IMG/VR virus record: IMGVR_UViG_3300024331_000257
Location: 1 to 44,198 of that record
Length of the DNA stretch: 44,198 bases
Source: a virus
Taxonomy: Duplodnaviria > Caudoviricetes
Strand: one strand, 5' to 3'
Below the pieces are notes generated by a model that was not told the DNA's origin, made no database searches, and worked only from the letters and a program-made list of their open reading frames with translations. Made by a program: the position numbers and the translations under genes. Positions within the stretch are counted from its first letter, which is position 1, and every line of letters begins with the position of its first letter. Positions 1 to 8,747 of this stretch are shown here, in pieces.

Positions 1-1297
1 TCTGCTTGGTCGGGTGCGCCCGGCCGTCCACGAAAGGATACTGCAGGCCGTTCAGATCGATGAGCGTCTGCGTATCGACGCCCCAGCGCGCCGCAATCTG
101 CTCCAACGTGTCGGCGGGGAGGATGTTGGCGCTCACCGTCGTGGCATCAGGCGCGGTGGCCACCACGGGCATGAAGGCGCTCGGCTGCGCGACGAGCGCG
201 TTCAGCAGGTCCTGCACGCGCCGGAGCTCGTCGGCCGCGATGACGCCCTGGTCGGCGCTGGTGAGTCCCGGAAAGTCGCGCTGGAGACGCGTCAGGTCCG
301 CCCCGACGAGACCTGGAAGCTGCCGCGCGAGGTCGATGCCATCCTCGACGCGTCCGACGAGGGTCTGGACAGAGTTCAAGAGCCCGCGCACCTGGGCGAT
401 CGAGCCGCGGATAAACTGCGTGGCGCCGGTCACATAGTCGGTCGCCGCGCTGGCGACGTTCCCGAGATCGTCGAAGAGGCCTTTCAGCTCGCGCGCGGCG
501 CCGAAGACTCCGTTGAGGACGTCCTTCACGCTGGAGAGATGCAGCGTGTCGAGGAGCGTGCCGAGAATGCCCTTGCTGAGGAGCCCGGCGAGGAACCCGT
601 CTTCGCTCTTCGCCTTATCGCGGTTCGACTGCAGCCCGGCGAACTCAAACTCGAAGAAGCGCGAGAACGGCCGCTCCGCGGTCTGGTAGGTGCGGATGCC
701 GCTGCGGAACGGATGGATCAACCATTCGAATTCGCCGTATGGATCCTCGGCGGAGATCGGCGCATTGAGGTTCAGCCAGTAGAGCTCGAAGTCGGCGGCG
801 CTGCGCCCGTCGCGCGGAAAGAAGTAGTCGTCGACGAGCTCCTTGAAGTCCTTGATTGCCGCGTCGCCGTCGACGGCCACGCCGTTCACGAATACCGGCG
901 TCCAATGGGTGCGGCCGCTCAGCCGAAAGAACGTGACGCCGCGGCCGTTACGAAACGGCGTGTCGATGAAATAGCCGGCGCGCGTGTACTGGAAGTGCGT
1001 GCGCACCTCGGGCAGTTCCTGGACGCGCTCGGCCATCATCACGAAGCGGTACTCGCGCTCGAGGATCCGGCCCTGGAGCGGGCCGAGGAGGTCCTCGCGC
1101 AGGAAGTTCCGGGCGGTGCGGATAAGGCTCGTGGCGCCAGCCAGGATTGACGACACCCCGGAGCCGCTGGCGGGCGGCAGGCTGCCCAGCCCCGGCACGC
1201 CGAGCTTCCGGTAGAGCCGGAAGATGTAGATCACGGGGTCGTTCGGCGCGCGCCGCGCGGTGCCGTTGGGTTGCGTGCTATCGAAAGCGGCTTGCAT
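1..1297 (-). CDS. Baseplate/tail-associated protein with LysM domain (runs off the left edge)
   Basis: Not in the ORF track because it has no stop in the window. Read manually from ATG 1297 (MQAAFDSTQP...) to ...ILPADTLEQIAARWGVDTQTLIDLNGLQYPF, a LysM signature. Lies downstream of the spike gene. Confidence 0.75.
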   Translation of the reverse strand, partial: MQAAFDSTQPNGTARRAPNDPVIYIFRLYRKLGVPGLGSLPPASGSGVSSILAGATSLIRTARNFLREDLLGPLQGRILEREYRFVMMAERVQELPEVRTHFQYTRAGYFIDTPFRNGRGVTFFRLSGRTHWTPVFVNGVAVDGDAAIKDFKELVDDYFFPRDGRSAADFELYWLNLNAPISAEDPYGEFEWLIHPFRSGIRTYQTAERPFSRFFEFEFAGLQSNRDKAKSEDGFLAGLLSKGILGTLLDTLHLSSVKDVLNGVFGAARELKGLFDDLGNVASAATDYVTGATQFIRGSIAQVRGLLNSVQTLVGRVEDGIDLARQLPGLVGADLTRLQRDFPGLTSADQGVIAADELRRVQDLLNALVAQPSAFMPVVATAPDATTVSANILPADTLEQIAARWGVDTQTLIDLNGLQYPFVDGRAHPTKQ

Positions 1298-1301
1298 GGC
1301 G

Positions 1302-1907
1302 CTATCCCGTCGTCACCTTCATGCTTTTGGTCTGGCATGTGGCGCAGCGGTTGGAGGACGAGAAGAAGCCGGCGGCGCTGTCGAGCGCGTCCTGATGCGT
1401 CGCCGCCTTCGCCACGAGGGCGTCTTTCTGTGCCTGGAGCCCCGCGATGACGTCGGGGGGCGACCCGCCGGCGACCGCCGCGTCGATCGCGGCTTGCGCA
1501 TCCGTGACTTGCCCCTGCACGACGGCGAGATTCGCCGTGAGGCCAGTGGTGATCGAGGCGCTGAGATCGCCGGGGAAGGCGGGACTCGGCAGGTTGAGCG
1601 CGCCGATCTTCCCGAAGACCGCTTGATAGTCGAGCGTGGGCAGTGCGGGCACGGAGCCGAACGACGGCAGCGACGGGATGCTCGAGGCGAGAACGGCCTC
1701 GAAGCCGGAGGCGCCGGCGAGAAAGATGCCCAGCACGTCGGGCAGCAGGCCGCCGATGACCGGCAGACTCAGGATGTTGTTCACCACGCCGGTGAGGATG
1801 TTCACGAGGCTTGTCAAGCCGGCGTTCGAGAGCTCCAGCGACTTCACCCGGCTCGACAGCGCCTGCACCTGCGCGTTGAGCTCCTCTTTGCAGCCCATGT
1901 CGGCCAT
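1302..1907 (-). CDS. Baseplate-region hypothetical protein
   Basis: Coding-like C-terminal part of ORF 1302..2567, starting MADMGCKEE at an ATG overlapping the upstream stop. Confidence 0.6.
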   Translation of the reverse strand: MADMGCKEELNAQVQALSSRVKSLELSNAGLTSLVNILTGVVNNILSLPVIGGLLPDVLGIFLAGASGFEAVLASSIPSLPSFGSVPALPTLDYQAVFGKIGALNLPSPAFPGDLSASITTGLTANLAVVQGQVTDAQAAIDAAVAGGSPPDVIAGLQAQKDALVAKAATHQDALDSAAGFFSSSNRCATCQTKSMKVTTG

Positions 1908-2491
1908 CAGCTGCCGTTCACCGTCCAGAGCGGCGTGTTCACGGCCACGGATTCGCCGGCGTTCACCACGGCCGTTTTGTCGACGTTGACCGTGGCCGTC
2001 TCGCAGGAGATCGTAAGCGGCTTGTCGCAATGGATATCGATCGACTGATCGGCGTCCTTCAGCACCACGCGCGTATGCGGCGTGTCGAGGCGCATGACGC
2101 CGTCGGTTTCCTGGATGCGGAACTGAAGGAGCGTCTCGCCGTGCGTGTTGCGGATCTCGAGCTCGTTCTGCCGGTTGATCGTGATGCGGAAGTCGAGGAC
2201 CTCCGCATAGTAGACCCAGTTCGCGCGGTCGTTGGTCTCGCGACTCTCGATCGGCCAGCAGACTGGCGCGCCGTGGAGGTGCGAGGCGAAGCCGTAGAGC
2301 ACCCACTGCGGTCGATCGGTGCGCCCGCCCTTGAATTGCGCGGAGATCTCCGGCAGCCGGGGCCCCAAGACGACGGCGCGCGAGACGCGCCCGCCGTCCG
2401 CGGCGAGGATGTCGACTTCCCAGCTGTCCGGATAGACGCGCTCGACGATGCCGTAGCCGAGCCCGTAGCGATATTGATCCGGACGGCTCAT
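1907..2491 (-). CDS. Baseplate central spike (gpV/gp5-like)
   Basis: OB-fold-like N-terminus (GIVERVYPDSWEVDI) and beta-repeat C-terminus; directly follows the hub gene. Confidence 0.65.
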   Translation of the reverse strand: MSRPDQYRYGLGYGIVERVYPDSWEVDILAADGGRVSRAVVLGPRLPEISAQFKGGRTDRPQWVLYGFASHLHGAPVCWPIESRETNDRANWVYYAEVLDFRITINRQNELEIRNTHGETLLQFRIQETDGVMRLDTPHTRVVLKDADQSIDIHCDKPLTISCETATVNVDKTAVVNAGESVAVNTPLWTVNGS

Positions 2492-2580
2492 TCGCGCCGC
2501 TCGCAGATCCAGCGCTCGTCAATGCAGCGCAGCCAGTCGTAGCGCCCGCACGCCTCGCAGAGACCAACCGTGCGCTTCAT
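2488..2580 (-). CDS. 30-aa Cys-rich micro-ORF
   Basis: MKRTVGLCEACGRYDWLRCIDERWICERRE; fills the gap exactly, with ATGA overlaps at both ends. Confidence 0.5.
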   Translation of the reverse strand: MKRTVGLCEACGRYDWLRCIDERWICERRE

Positions 2581-4205
2581 TGCAGGTCCCATCCGCGCTC
2601 GAGCTGGACGGTGCTCGTGAACCCGGGCACGTCGAGCTGCATGTGGTGACTGACGGCGGTGATGTAGAATTCCCGCCGCTGGTCGACGTCGTACAGGCGA
2701 CGGCCGGCCCGTAGCGCCGTGCGGCCTTTCAGCACGCGCGTGCCCGACCAGAACTCGGGGCCGAAGCGATGCCAGTGGCGCAGCAGCGCGGCGTAGGCGA
2801 GGCAGTGGCGCACCGGGTCTCCCACACCGAGCCGCGTCGAACCGTCCGCGGTGAAGATGGGGATCGAGTTCAGCTGTATGGTCTTCTTCCGGATGCCGTA
2901 CCGACGGATGTAGGACGGGCTTGCCGGCTCCTCATCGACGAGCGGCGGGAACTCCTGCTGCGCGAGGTTGTCGCCCTTCGTGTTGCCGCTGGCGTCACCG
3001 ATCTGCGGGCGAACCTCGAAGACATTCATGAGCTCCCGGGCGTCGAGACCGCGGCGCAACACCGGCTGGCTGATGACGTCGCTGCCGTCGATGGCCACCG
3101 TCTGCTCGTCCCGGTTCCAGCTTCCAAAGACCCCGTCGAAGAGCGACGTCCCCGGGCCCGGCGCATTGAACGCCACCGAGAAGCCGCTGCCGAAACCAGC
3201 CGCCGGCGAAATGGCCAACGGCGGCGAGAAGGCGAGCGACGCGCCCTTCGGGCCATAGGCGATGTGGCCAGCCCAGGGCGGCTTGCGCGCGATGATCTGA
3301 CACTGCACGTCCTCGACGCTCGTCCCGACGCAGTCCGTGAAGAACTCCGCAAAGTCTTCCGGCTTGAAGTGGTCCATGACCTGCCAGCAGCTCGCCTCGG
3401 GCATGGTCGTCGGGATGAACTGGCCCGTGAGCCGCGCATTGGGGTCGGGGAAATTCACGCGCGCGGCCACCGCGTCGAACCGCAGGCGATCGCCGAGCGT
3501 CCGGCCGTCGGCGAAGAGGAGTTTGATGAAGCCCGGGGCGCTCCCGCTGCCGACGAAGAGCTCGTAGGCCTTCTCCATGCAGTCGACCGGATGGCGTTGG
3601 GTCACATCCTTGAAGCGGTCGAGGTCCGTGGCGAAGATACCGAGGCTTCGCAGCTGCACCTCGTCGCGGAGCAGCACGATGCCGGGGGGTTGTTCGTAGA
3701 ATTCGCGCAGGTCCGGCGGCGGATTCTGCGAGAGGAAATGGTGGTACCACCAGCGCTGGTCGCTCAGGACGGCGCTGAGTGACCGGCCGACGACGCGGAC
3801 GATGCGCCGCGGCTCGGCAGTGCTGTAGTCCTCGGTGATGGCCGCGTAATCGACGAGGCCGAGCAGCACCGGGTCGGGCACGTCGGTCGCGGCCGGATCC
3901 CCACTCGTTCCCAGGCGGTGGAGCGCGATGGCGACCAACGAGTACGGGCGGATCAGGTCGGCCCAGGTGAACGGTCCGGCGATCGGCAGCGGCGACAAGA
4001 CGAGCTGGAACGTCGCGAACGGCTGGCGGATGGAGTTGCTGACGGTGACGCTGATCAGGTCGTCACGCAGCTTCGCGCCGCCGAATCGCTGCAGGAGATC
4101 GTTCGCCACCGCGACGGATGGAGGGGTGTTCGCGTTGGAAAATGCCTCGACGAACGTCGGTTCGATCTTCACGACCGCATCGATCCCGTAGTGCGTGCCG
4201 TCCAT
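2577..4205 (-). CDS. Baseplate hub protein
   Basis: 542 aa. C-terminal GRTALRAGRRL...FYITAVSHH...TSTVQLERG is typical of hub/gpD-like proteins; gene position fits. Confidence 0.7.
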   Translation of the reverse strand: MDGTHYGIDAVVKIEPTFVEAFSNANTPPSVAVANDLLQRFGGAKLRDDLISVTVSNSIRQPFATFQLVLSPLPIAGPFTWADLIRPYSLVAIALHRLGTSGDPAATDVPDPVLLGLVDYAAITEDYSTAEPRRIVRVVGRSLSAVLSDQRWWYHHFLSQNPPPDLREFYEQPPGIVLLRDEVQLRSLGIFATDLDRFKDVTQRHPVDCMEKAYELFVGSGSAPGFIKLLFADGRTLGDRLRFDAVAARVNFPDPNARLTGQFIPTTMPEASCWQVMDHFKPEDFAEFFTDCVGTSVEDVQCQIIARKPPWAGHIAYGPKGASLAFSPPLAISPAAGFGSGFSVAFNAPGPGTSLFDGVFGSWNRDEQTVAIDGSDVISQPVLRRGLDARELMNVFEVRPQIGDASGNTKGDNLAQQEFPPLVDEEPASPSYIRRYGIRKKTIQLNSIPIFTADGSTRLGVGDPVRHCLAYAALLRHWHRFGPEFWSGTRVLKGRTALRAGRRLYDVDQRREFYITAVSHHMQLDVPGFTSTVQLERGWDLQ

Positions 4206-4735
4206 CAGCCCACCGCCTGCGGGTCTTGTGCGACGCCGGCTTTGCGAATCTCGTAGTGCACGTGCGGTCCCGTCGTGTGGCCGGTGAGCCCGACGGCACC
4301 CAGCACGTCGCCGCGGTGGATGTGCGTGCCCACGCTAACCGTCGCGCGCGCCAGGTGGGCGTAGAGCGTCTGCTGGCCGTTGCCATGATCAACGACCACT
4401 GTGAGCCCGTAGCCGTGTTGGAAACCCACGCGATGCACCGTGCCGTCCGCAGTAGCGGTCACTGGCGCGCCCAGGTCGGCGGCGATGTCCAGGCCGTCGT
4501 GGTGGCGGCGCGTGCCGCCGAGCGTGCGCATCCCAAAGCGCGACGTGATGCGGCCATGGACCGGCAGACCGACGATGAGGTCGGGCCCGGGCACGGGCGG
4601 CGGCTCGAGCCGCGGCGCCGGCGTGGCGAATTCCGGTGCCTGCCAGGCAGCCGGCAGGAGCGCCATGGCGAGCGCCGCGGAAGCCGCCCTCTCGTGCCGA
4701 CGAATCATGTAGATGATCGCTTCGCCGACCGTCAT
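4205..4735 (-). CDS. M23 family peptidoglycan endopeptidase
   Basis: ITSRFG..R....HHDGLDIAA (HxxxD), YAHL and STGPH-like TTGPHVHYEIR motifs. Confidence 0.92.
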   Translation of the reverse strand: MTVGEAIIYMIRRHERAASAALAMALLPAAWQAPEFATPAPRLEPPPVPGPDLIVGLPVHGRITSRFGMRTLGGTRRHHDGLDIAADLGAPVTATADGTVHRVGFQHGYGLTVVVDHGNGQQTLYAHLARATVSVGTHIHRGDVLGAVGLTGHTTGPHVHYEIRKAGVAQDPQAVG

Positions 4736-6828
4736 GGCGCTCTGGACTCATTGGCGCCCGGGCCACCAACCTGGAGATGCAATGCGTCGTCAATCACGCG
4801 CGGGAGTGCGTCGAGTAGGCTCGTCCAGCCGCTGCGGACTTCATTGGCGAGCGTCGTAATGGCTTCGCCGACCTGCGCGCTGCCCTCGGATCGGAGCTCC
4901 GTCAGCTCCTTCTGCACCGTCTCGGCGGTGATCGACCTGGCGGCGGGCGTTCCGGCAACGGCCTCGGCTGCCGTTTCCAGCCCTGGCGCGCCCTTTGTCT
5001 CTGGACGCGCGCGATAGACCTGTGCGCCGCGGCCACCGGCGATAAAGGCCGCGGCTTCGGTGTCGCCGGTGGCGTTGAACGCGACGAGTTCGCGCACAGC
5101 GCGGTCCGGATAGGCGTCGGAGAAGGCCCGCTGGAGCCCTTCGGCCACGTCGGGCATGTGGCGCGCCGCGAGCTCGGGTGCGCGGCGGATGGCGCGCAGG
5201 ATGCCCAGGGGCGTGCTGATGTCGATCCCGAGGCGCCGGAGCCGTTCACCGGCGGGGGTGCCGCGCATCTGGCGGACGGCGTTATAGGCGATGTCGGCCA
5301 GGGGCCCGGTTTGATCACCCATGCCGGCGGTGAACTGGTTGAGCCCTTGCAACCGCGCCGTCTGGATATCCAAGAAGCCGGCGGTGCCGCGCTCCACACC
5401 CGGAACGTGGATCCGCGACATTGCGTTGAGCTGCCCCATGACGCCCTCGAGCGGCACGCGGGTGAATGGGCTCGCCGCGCCTGCCTGGACCTGCGCGAGC
5501 GCCTGTTGGTACGATGGATACAGGAAGGGCTGGCCGGGCGTTCCGAAGCGCGAGCGCGTGAAAGCGCCGAACGCACGGTCAGAGAGGATGTCCGGACCGC
5601 CGCCTCGCGTAGGCGCCAGCCGCATCAGCCCGGCGATCGCCGCCGCCTCGGTGCCACTGTCTTGTCCCGTGAGGCGCGCCACCGCGGCGATGCGCTGCGC
5701 TTGGCCGATACCTGTGCTCTGGGCCAATGCGTGCTCCGCGGCGAGCAATTCGATCGGGCTGATCCCGTAACGGCCACCCGTCGCGGTGGCGTCCCTTTCG
5801 CGCGCCAGCGGATCGCCGCCAGCGATGAGGGACGTCGGGAGGGCCTGCAAATGAGCCTTCACGCGTGTGCTGAACGTGTCCTGGGTGATCGCGACGGCCT
5901 TGTGGGCGGCGAGGAGTACTCCGCCGGCCAGGGCGGCTGGCCCGGCCAAGCGAGCGAGCGCCCCGATGCCGCCCATCGAGGCAGCGCCGCCCAGAAACGT
6001 TTCGAAGAAACCGGCGCCTCCGCCGCCCGCAGCAGCCCCCCCCGCGCCGCCCATGGCTCGGAGCTCCGCCGCGCCCAGGCCCCGCACGCGCCGCGCTTCG
6101 GTTTCAATCTCTCTAATCGCCTGGAGACTCTCGCTGCGTCCCGCATGCAGCTGTCCAAGCCGGGTTTCGGTGGCCCGGATCTCCGATTCGTCGACGGGCA
6201 GTCCCTGGCGCTTGCGCTCCGTCAGCCGATGGTAAGCCTGCCCGACCTGGTCGATGGTCTCGCGCTGTTGGCGCAACAGCTGCTGTTGGCGCTGCCATTC
6301 GCGGGCGAGGTCCCGATCGGTGACCAGGCTGGCGCGCTTTTCCGCCGTGACGTCTCGAGAGGCGGCCGTGACTCCCCGCCGCTCGCTCTCGGCCTGCAGC
6401 GTCTCCACCTCGCTGCGCGCCTTCTGGATGTCCGGACTGACAGAGATCAGCTTGTCCCGCAGTCCGGCATTCGCGGCGCCGCCTTTCCCGCGCGCGAATG
6501 CCTCGACATCCTGCACCATAGTCGCGTAGCGCTGCTGCTTCTGTGCGAGCGCGGCCGCGAGTTCTTCGTCCGAGAGGCCGACGCCGCGACCACGGGCGCG
6601 CGCGATCGCTGGCGCAAACGCCGCCTCCGAAAACAGCGGCCGCGGCCGAAACGACGAGAACCACGCCCGGGGCGGCCCTCCGCCCCCGCCCCCAGTCGGA
6701 GTAAAGGGGAGCGGCGGCCCGAGTTCGCCGACGATCTCCACGGCCTTGCGAGCCTCGAGGTTCAAGCCGCGGAGCGTCGTCGTCGCGTCGGTGCCGGCGC
6801 GGATCAGTTTGGCGATGGCTTCGATCAC
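4732..6828 (-). CDS. Tail tape measure protein
   Basis: 698 aa, Ala/Gly-rich and helical with coiled coil and a hydrophobic stretch; directly downstream of the tail chaperone. Confidence 0.75.
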   Translation of the reverse strand: MIEAIAKLIRAGTDATTTLRGLNLEARKAVEIVGELGPPLPFTPTGGGGGGPPRAWFSSFRPRPLFSEAAFAPAIARARGRGVGLSDEELAAALAQKQQRYATMVQDVEAFARGKGGAANAGLRDKLISVSPDIQKARSEVETLQAESERRGVTAASRDVTAEKRASLVTDRDLAREWQRQQQLLRQQRETIDQVGQAYHRLTERKRQGLPVDESEIRATETRLGQLHAGRSESLQAIREIETEARRVRGLGAAELRAMGGAGGAAAGGGGAGFFETFLGGAASMGGIGALARLAGPAALAGGVLLAAHKAVAITQDTFSTRVKAHLQALPTSLIAGGDPLARERDATATGGRYGISPIELLAAEHALAQSTGIGQAQRIAAVARLTGQDSGTEAAAIAGLMRLAPTRGGGPDILSDRAFGAFTRSRFGTPGQPFLYPSYQQALAQVQAGAASPFTRVPLEGVMGQLNAMSRIHVPGVERGTAGFLDIQTARLQGLNQFTAGMGDQTGPLADIAYNAVRQMRGTPAGERLRRLGIDISTPLGILRAIRRAPELAARHMPDVAEGLQRAFSDAYPDRAVRELVAFNATGDTEAAAFIAGGRGAQVYRARPETKGAPGLETAAEAVAGTPAARSITAETVQKELTELRSEGSAQVGEAITTLANEVRSGWTSLLDALPRVIDDALHLQVGGPGANESRAP

Positions 6829-7028
6829 GCCGCGGGCTCCAGGCAGGCCGACGGCACCCAGGTAGACCGCCGGTGCGCGCCGAGCTTTTCGTGCCAGCAG
6901 ACGAGGGTGTCGAAGCCGGCCGTCGATCGTTTCCGATCGATGCGCACAACTCGACCGGTCGTTCCCTCGGCGACGGTCAGGCTACTCCGCGTCCGGACGC
7001 GCACCGCCATCCAGCGACGCAGCGTCAT
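6825..7028 (-). CDS. Small hypothetical protein (SH3/KOW-like beta pattern)
   Basis: MTLRRWMAVRVRT...GTTGRVVRI...TWVPSACLEPAA; its stop overlaps the GTG start of the tape measure gene. Confidence 0.45.
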   Translation of the reverse strand: MTLRRWMAVRVRTRSSLTVAEGTTGRVVRIDRKRSTAGFDTLVCWHEKLGAHRRSTWVPSACLEPAA

Positions 7029-7122
7029 GGGGCAATCCGGGTGGGCGGCGACTGCCGGGGGGACCGTTTGCAGTCGCCGCCTCCGTCCCCACCGTGCCGG
7101 GAGGTGTGGCCACGGTGGAAGC

Positions 7123-8030
7123 TCATGTCGATTTGGCGAGCGCCGCGACCACCGCGGCGCCCAAGGAGGTTGGTGCCGGCGGCGGCGCATCGGGGGCGAA
7201 GTCGGGTCGGCGCGCATAGATTTTCTGGAGCCACCGCTCGGCATTCGCCGCGCTCGTCGTGAAGTCGTACTCGCCGCGTTCCCAGGCGCGGAGCGCGTCC
7301 GAGGAGACCCGCGCGCCGCAGAGCACGCACCAGTCCGTTGCGACGCGCGCGCGACATTTCGGGTTCGGGCAGCTCCGCCAGGTCAGCCCATCGAAGCGGA
7401 TCCCGCAGTGCCCGCAGAAGTCGCGAAAGCCCCAGTGCTGGCAGCGCGCGCACCACTGTAGCCCCTCGTCGATCTTCCCCTGCATCGCGACCCACGCGGA
7501 TTCCTCCTCGGTGAGGTCCGCGGCGGTCTCGAACGGCAGGAGCTGTGGCCAACGCTTGAAGCATTCCCAGATCACCCGCTGATCGGCACGACGGCAAAAG
7601 GCCCAGAGCTCCCCGTCTCCTGTGCTTTTTTTTTGAACACGGTCTCCTCGACGTAGGCGCCCACCGCGGCGAGCTCCTCGTCCTCGACCTGGTCGAAGGC
7701 GACGATCGAGACGGGCTTGCCGTCGGGCCCGGTATCCTCGGTGAGCCAATGCGCGGGTGCCTTCTCGCCGCGGTCGATCGGCGTGCCGCTCTGCGACAGC
7801 GCGGGGCGCAGGCACACCTCGCAGCGCGCCTCGCTCATGAGCTGCTCGCCGTCGAGGCCGTTCAGCACCTTGGTCTCGGCATCCAGGCCGAAGCGCCCGA
7901 TGAGCTTCGCGCTGAACCGGCGGTGGATCTCGCGCACGTCGGCGCGGCTCGGCCGGCGAAAGCCGAACTCGTGTCCGTGGACCGCGAAGCGGACTACCCG
8001 GTTCTCGCCGGGGGCAGCGGGTGTGGACAT
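7123..8030 (-). CDS. Tail assembly chaperone -1 frameshift product (GT-like) with zinc ribbons
   Basis: TTC AAA AAA AAA GCA (A9 at 7626-7634). The -1 frame continues STGDGELWAFCRR... to 7123 and contains four CxxC-type pairs. Confidence 0.7.
7572..8030 (-). CDS. Tail assembly chaperone (G-like)
   Basis: Lies between tube and tape measure; ends shortly after an A9 slippery run. Confidence 0.75.
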   Translation of the reverse strand: MSTPAAPGENRVVRFAVHGHEFGFRRPSRADVREIHRRFSAKLIGRFGLDAETKVLNGLDGEQLMSEARCEVCLRPALSQSGTPIDRGEKAPAHWLTEDTGPDGKPVSIVAFDQVEDEELAAVGAYVEETVFKKKAQETGSSGPFAVVPISG

Positions 8031-8136
8031 TGCGTCCTACCTTTCGGCCAGGCGCCGGCGTGCCGAGCAGGAAGCTCGGCAGAGCGGAGCAGCGCACCGT
8101 GCGCGCTGGCGATGAGCGTGTGAGACATGTCAGTGG

Positions 8137-8583
8137 TCAGCCGGCGGTGATCTCGGCGCCGCGGAAGATCTCGCGGCAGATCCCGCTGTATTGTTCGCGG
8201 AGCGCCCGGCCGTTCGTGCCGGTCGTGTCGAGCGATTCGGGCAGCACGCCGCGGCAAAACCAGATGGGCCGGCCATCGGACGGGTCGACCGCCAGGATGT
8301 CGAACGACCGGAATTGCGCGTAACGCTGCAGCTGCGGCCGGATGGTCGAGAGCCTCAGGGAGTTCAGCGTGTGGACGGCGCCCCAGCGGATCCGCCCCTC
8401 GACGTTGTTCACCACGTTGTCCGGCGGCGAGAACTTGCCGAGCGACTTCAGGTTCTCGGCGGAATATTGTTCCGTTGCGGAGAAGTCCTCGACGATCCCG
8501 AGGGACAGCGGCGTGCCGCCGAGCGGCGGTACGGCAAAGATCTCGAGCAGCGAAGACGGGATAGATTGGTCTGGACCGGGCAC
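8137..8583 (-). CDS. Tail tube protein
   Basis: 148-aa beta-rich protein directly after the sheath; GAGGGAG RBS before the GTG start. Confidence 0.75.
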   Translation of the reverse strand: MPGPDQSIPSSLLEIFAVPPLGGTPLSLGIVEDFSATEQYSAENLKSLGKFSPPDNVVNNVEGRIRWGAVHTLNSLRLSTIRPQLQRYAQFRSFDILAVDPSDGRPIWFCRGVLPESLDTTGTNGRALREQYSGICREIFRGAEITAG

Positions 8584-8747
8584 GGCACACTCCCTCGGGT
8601 CCGCCGTGCCGACGGAAGACCACCATCAAGATTGTTCAACCGCCGACGACCAGGATGAAGTACTTCGCCACCGGAGCGGGTCGACCGAAAGCGCCTGGCC
8701 GTCGGCACCGCCGCGCTCTCGCCGCCCCGGTGGCGTGCGAAAACCTG

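Noticed and set aside
14-1150. Long plus-strand ORFs (e.g. 14-1150, 5158-7461, 15254-16987, 17153-19021, 33891-36047)
   Set aside because: They are antisense shadows of well-supported minus-strand genes in high-GC DNA and have no recognisable motifs.
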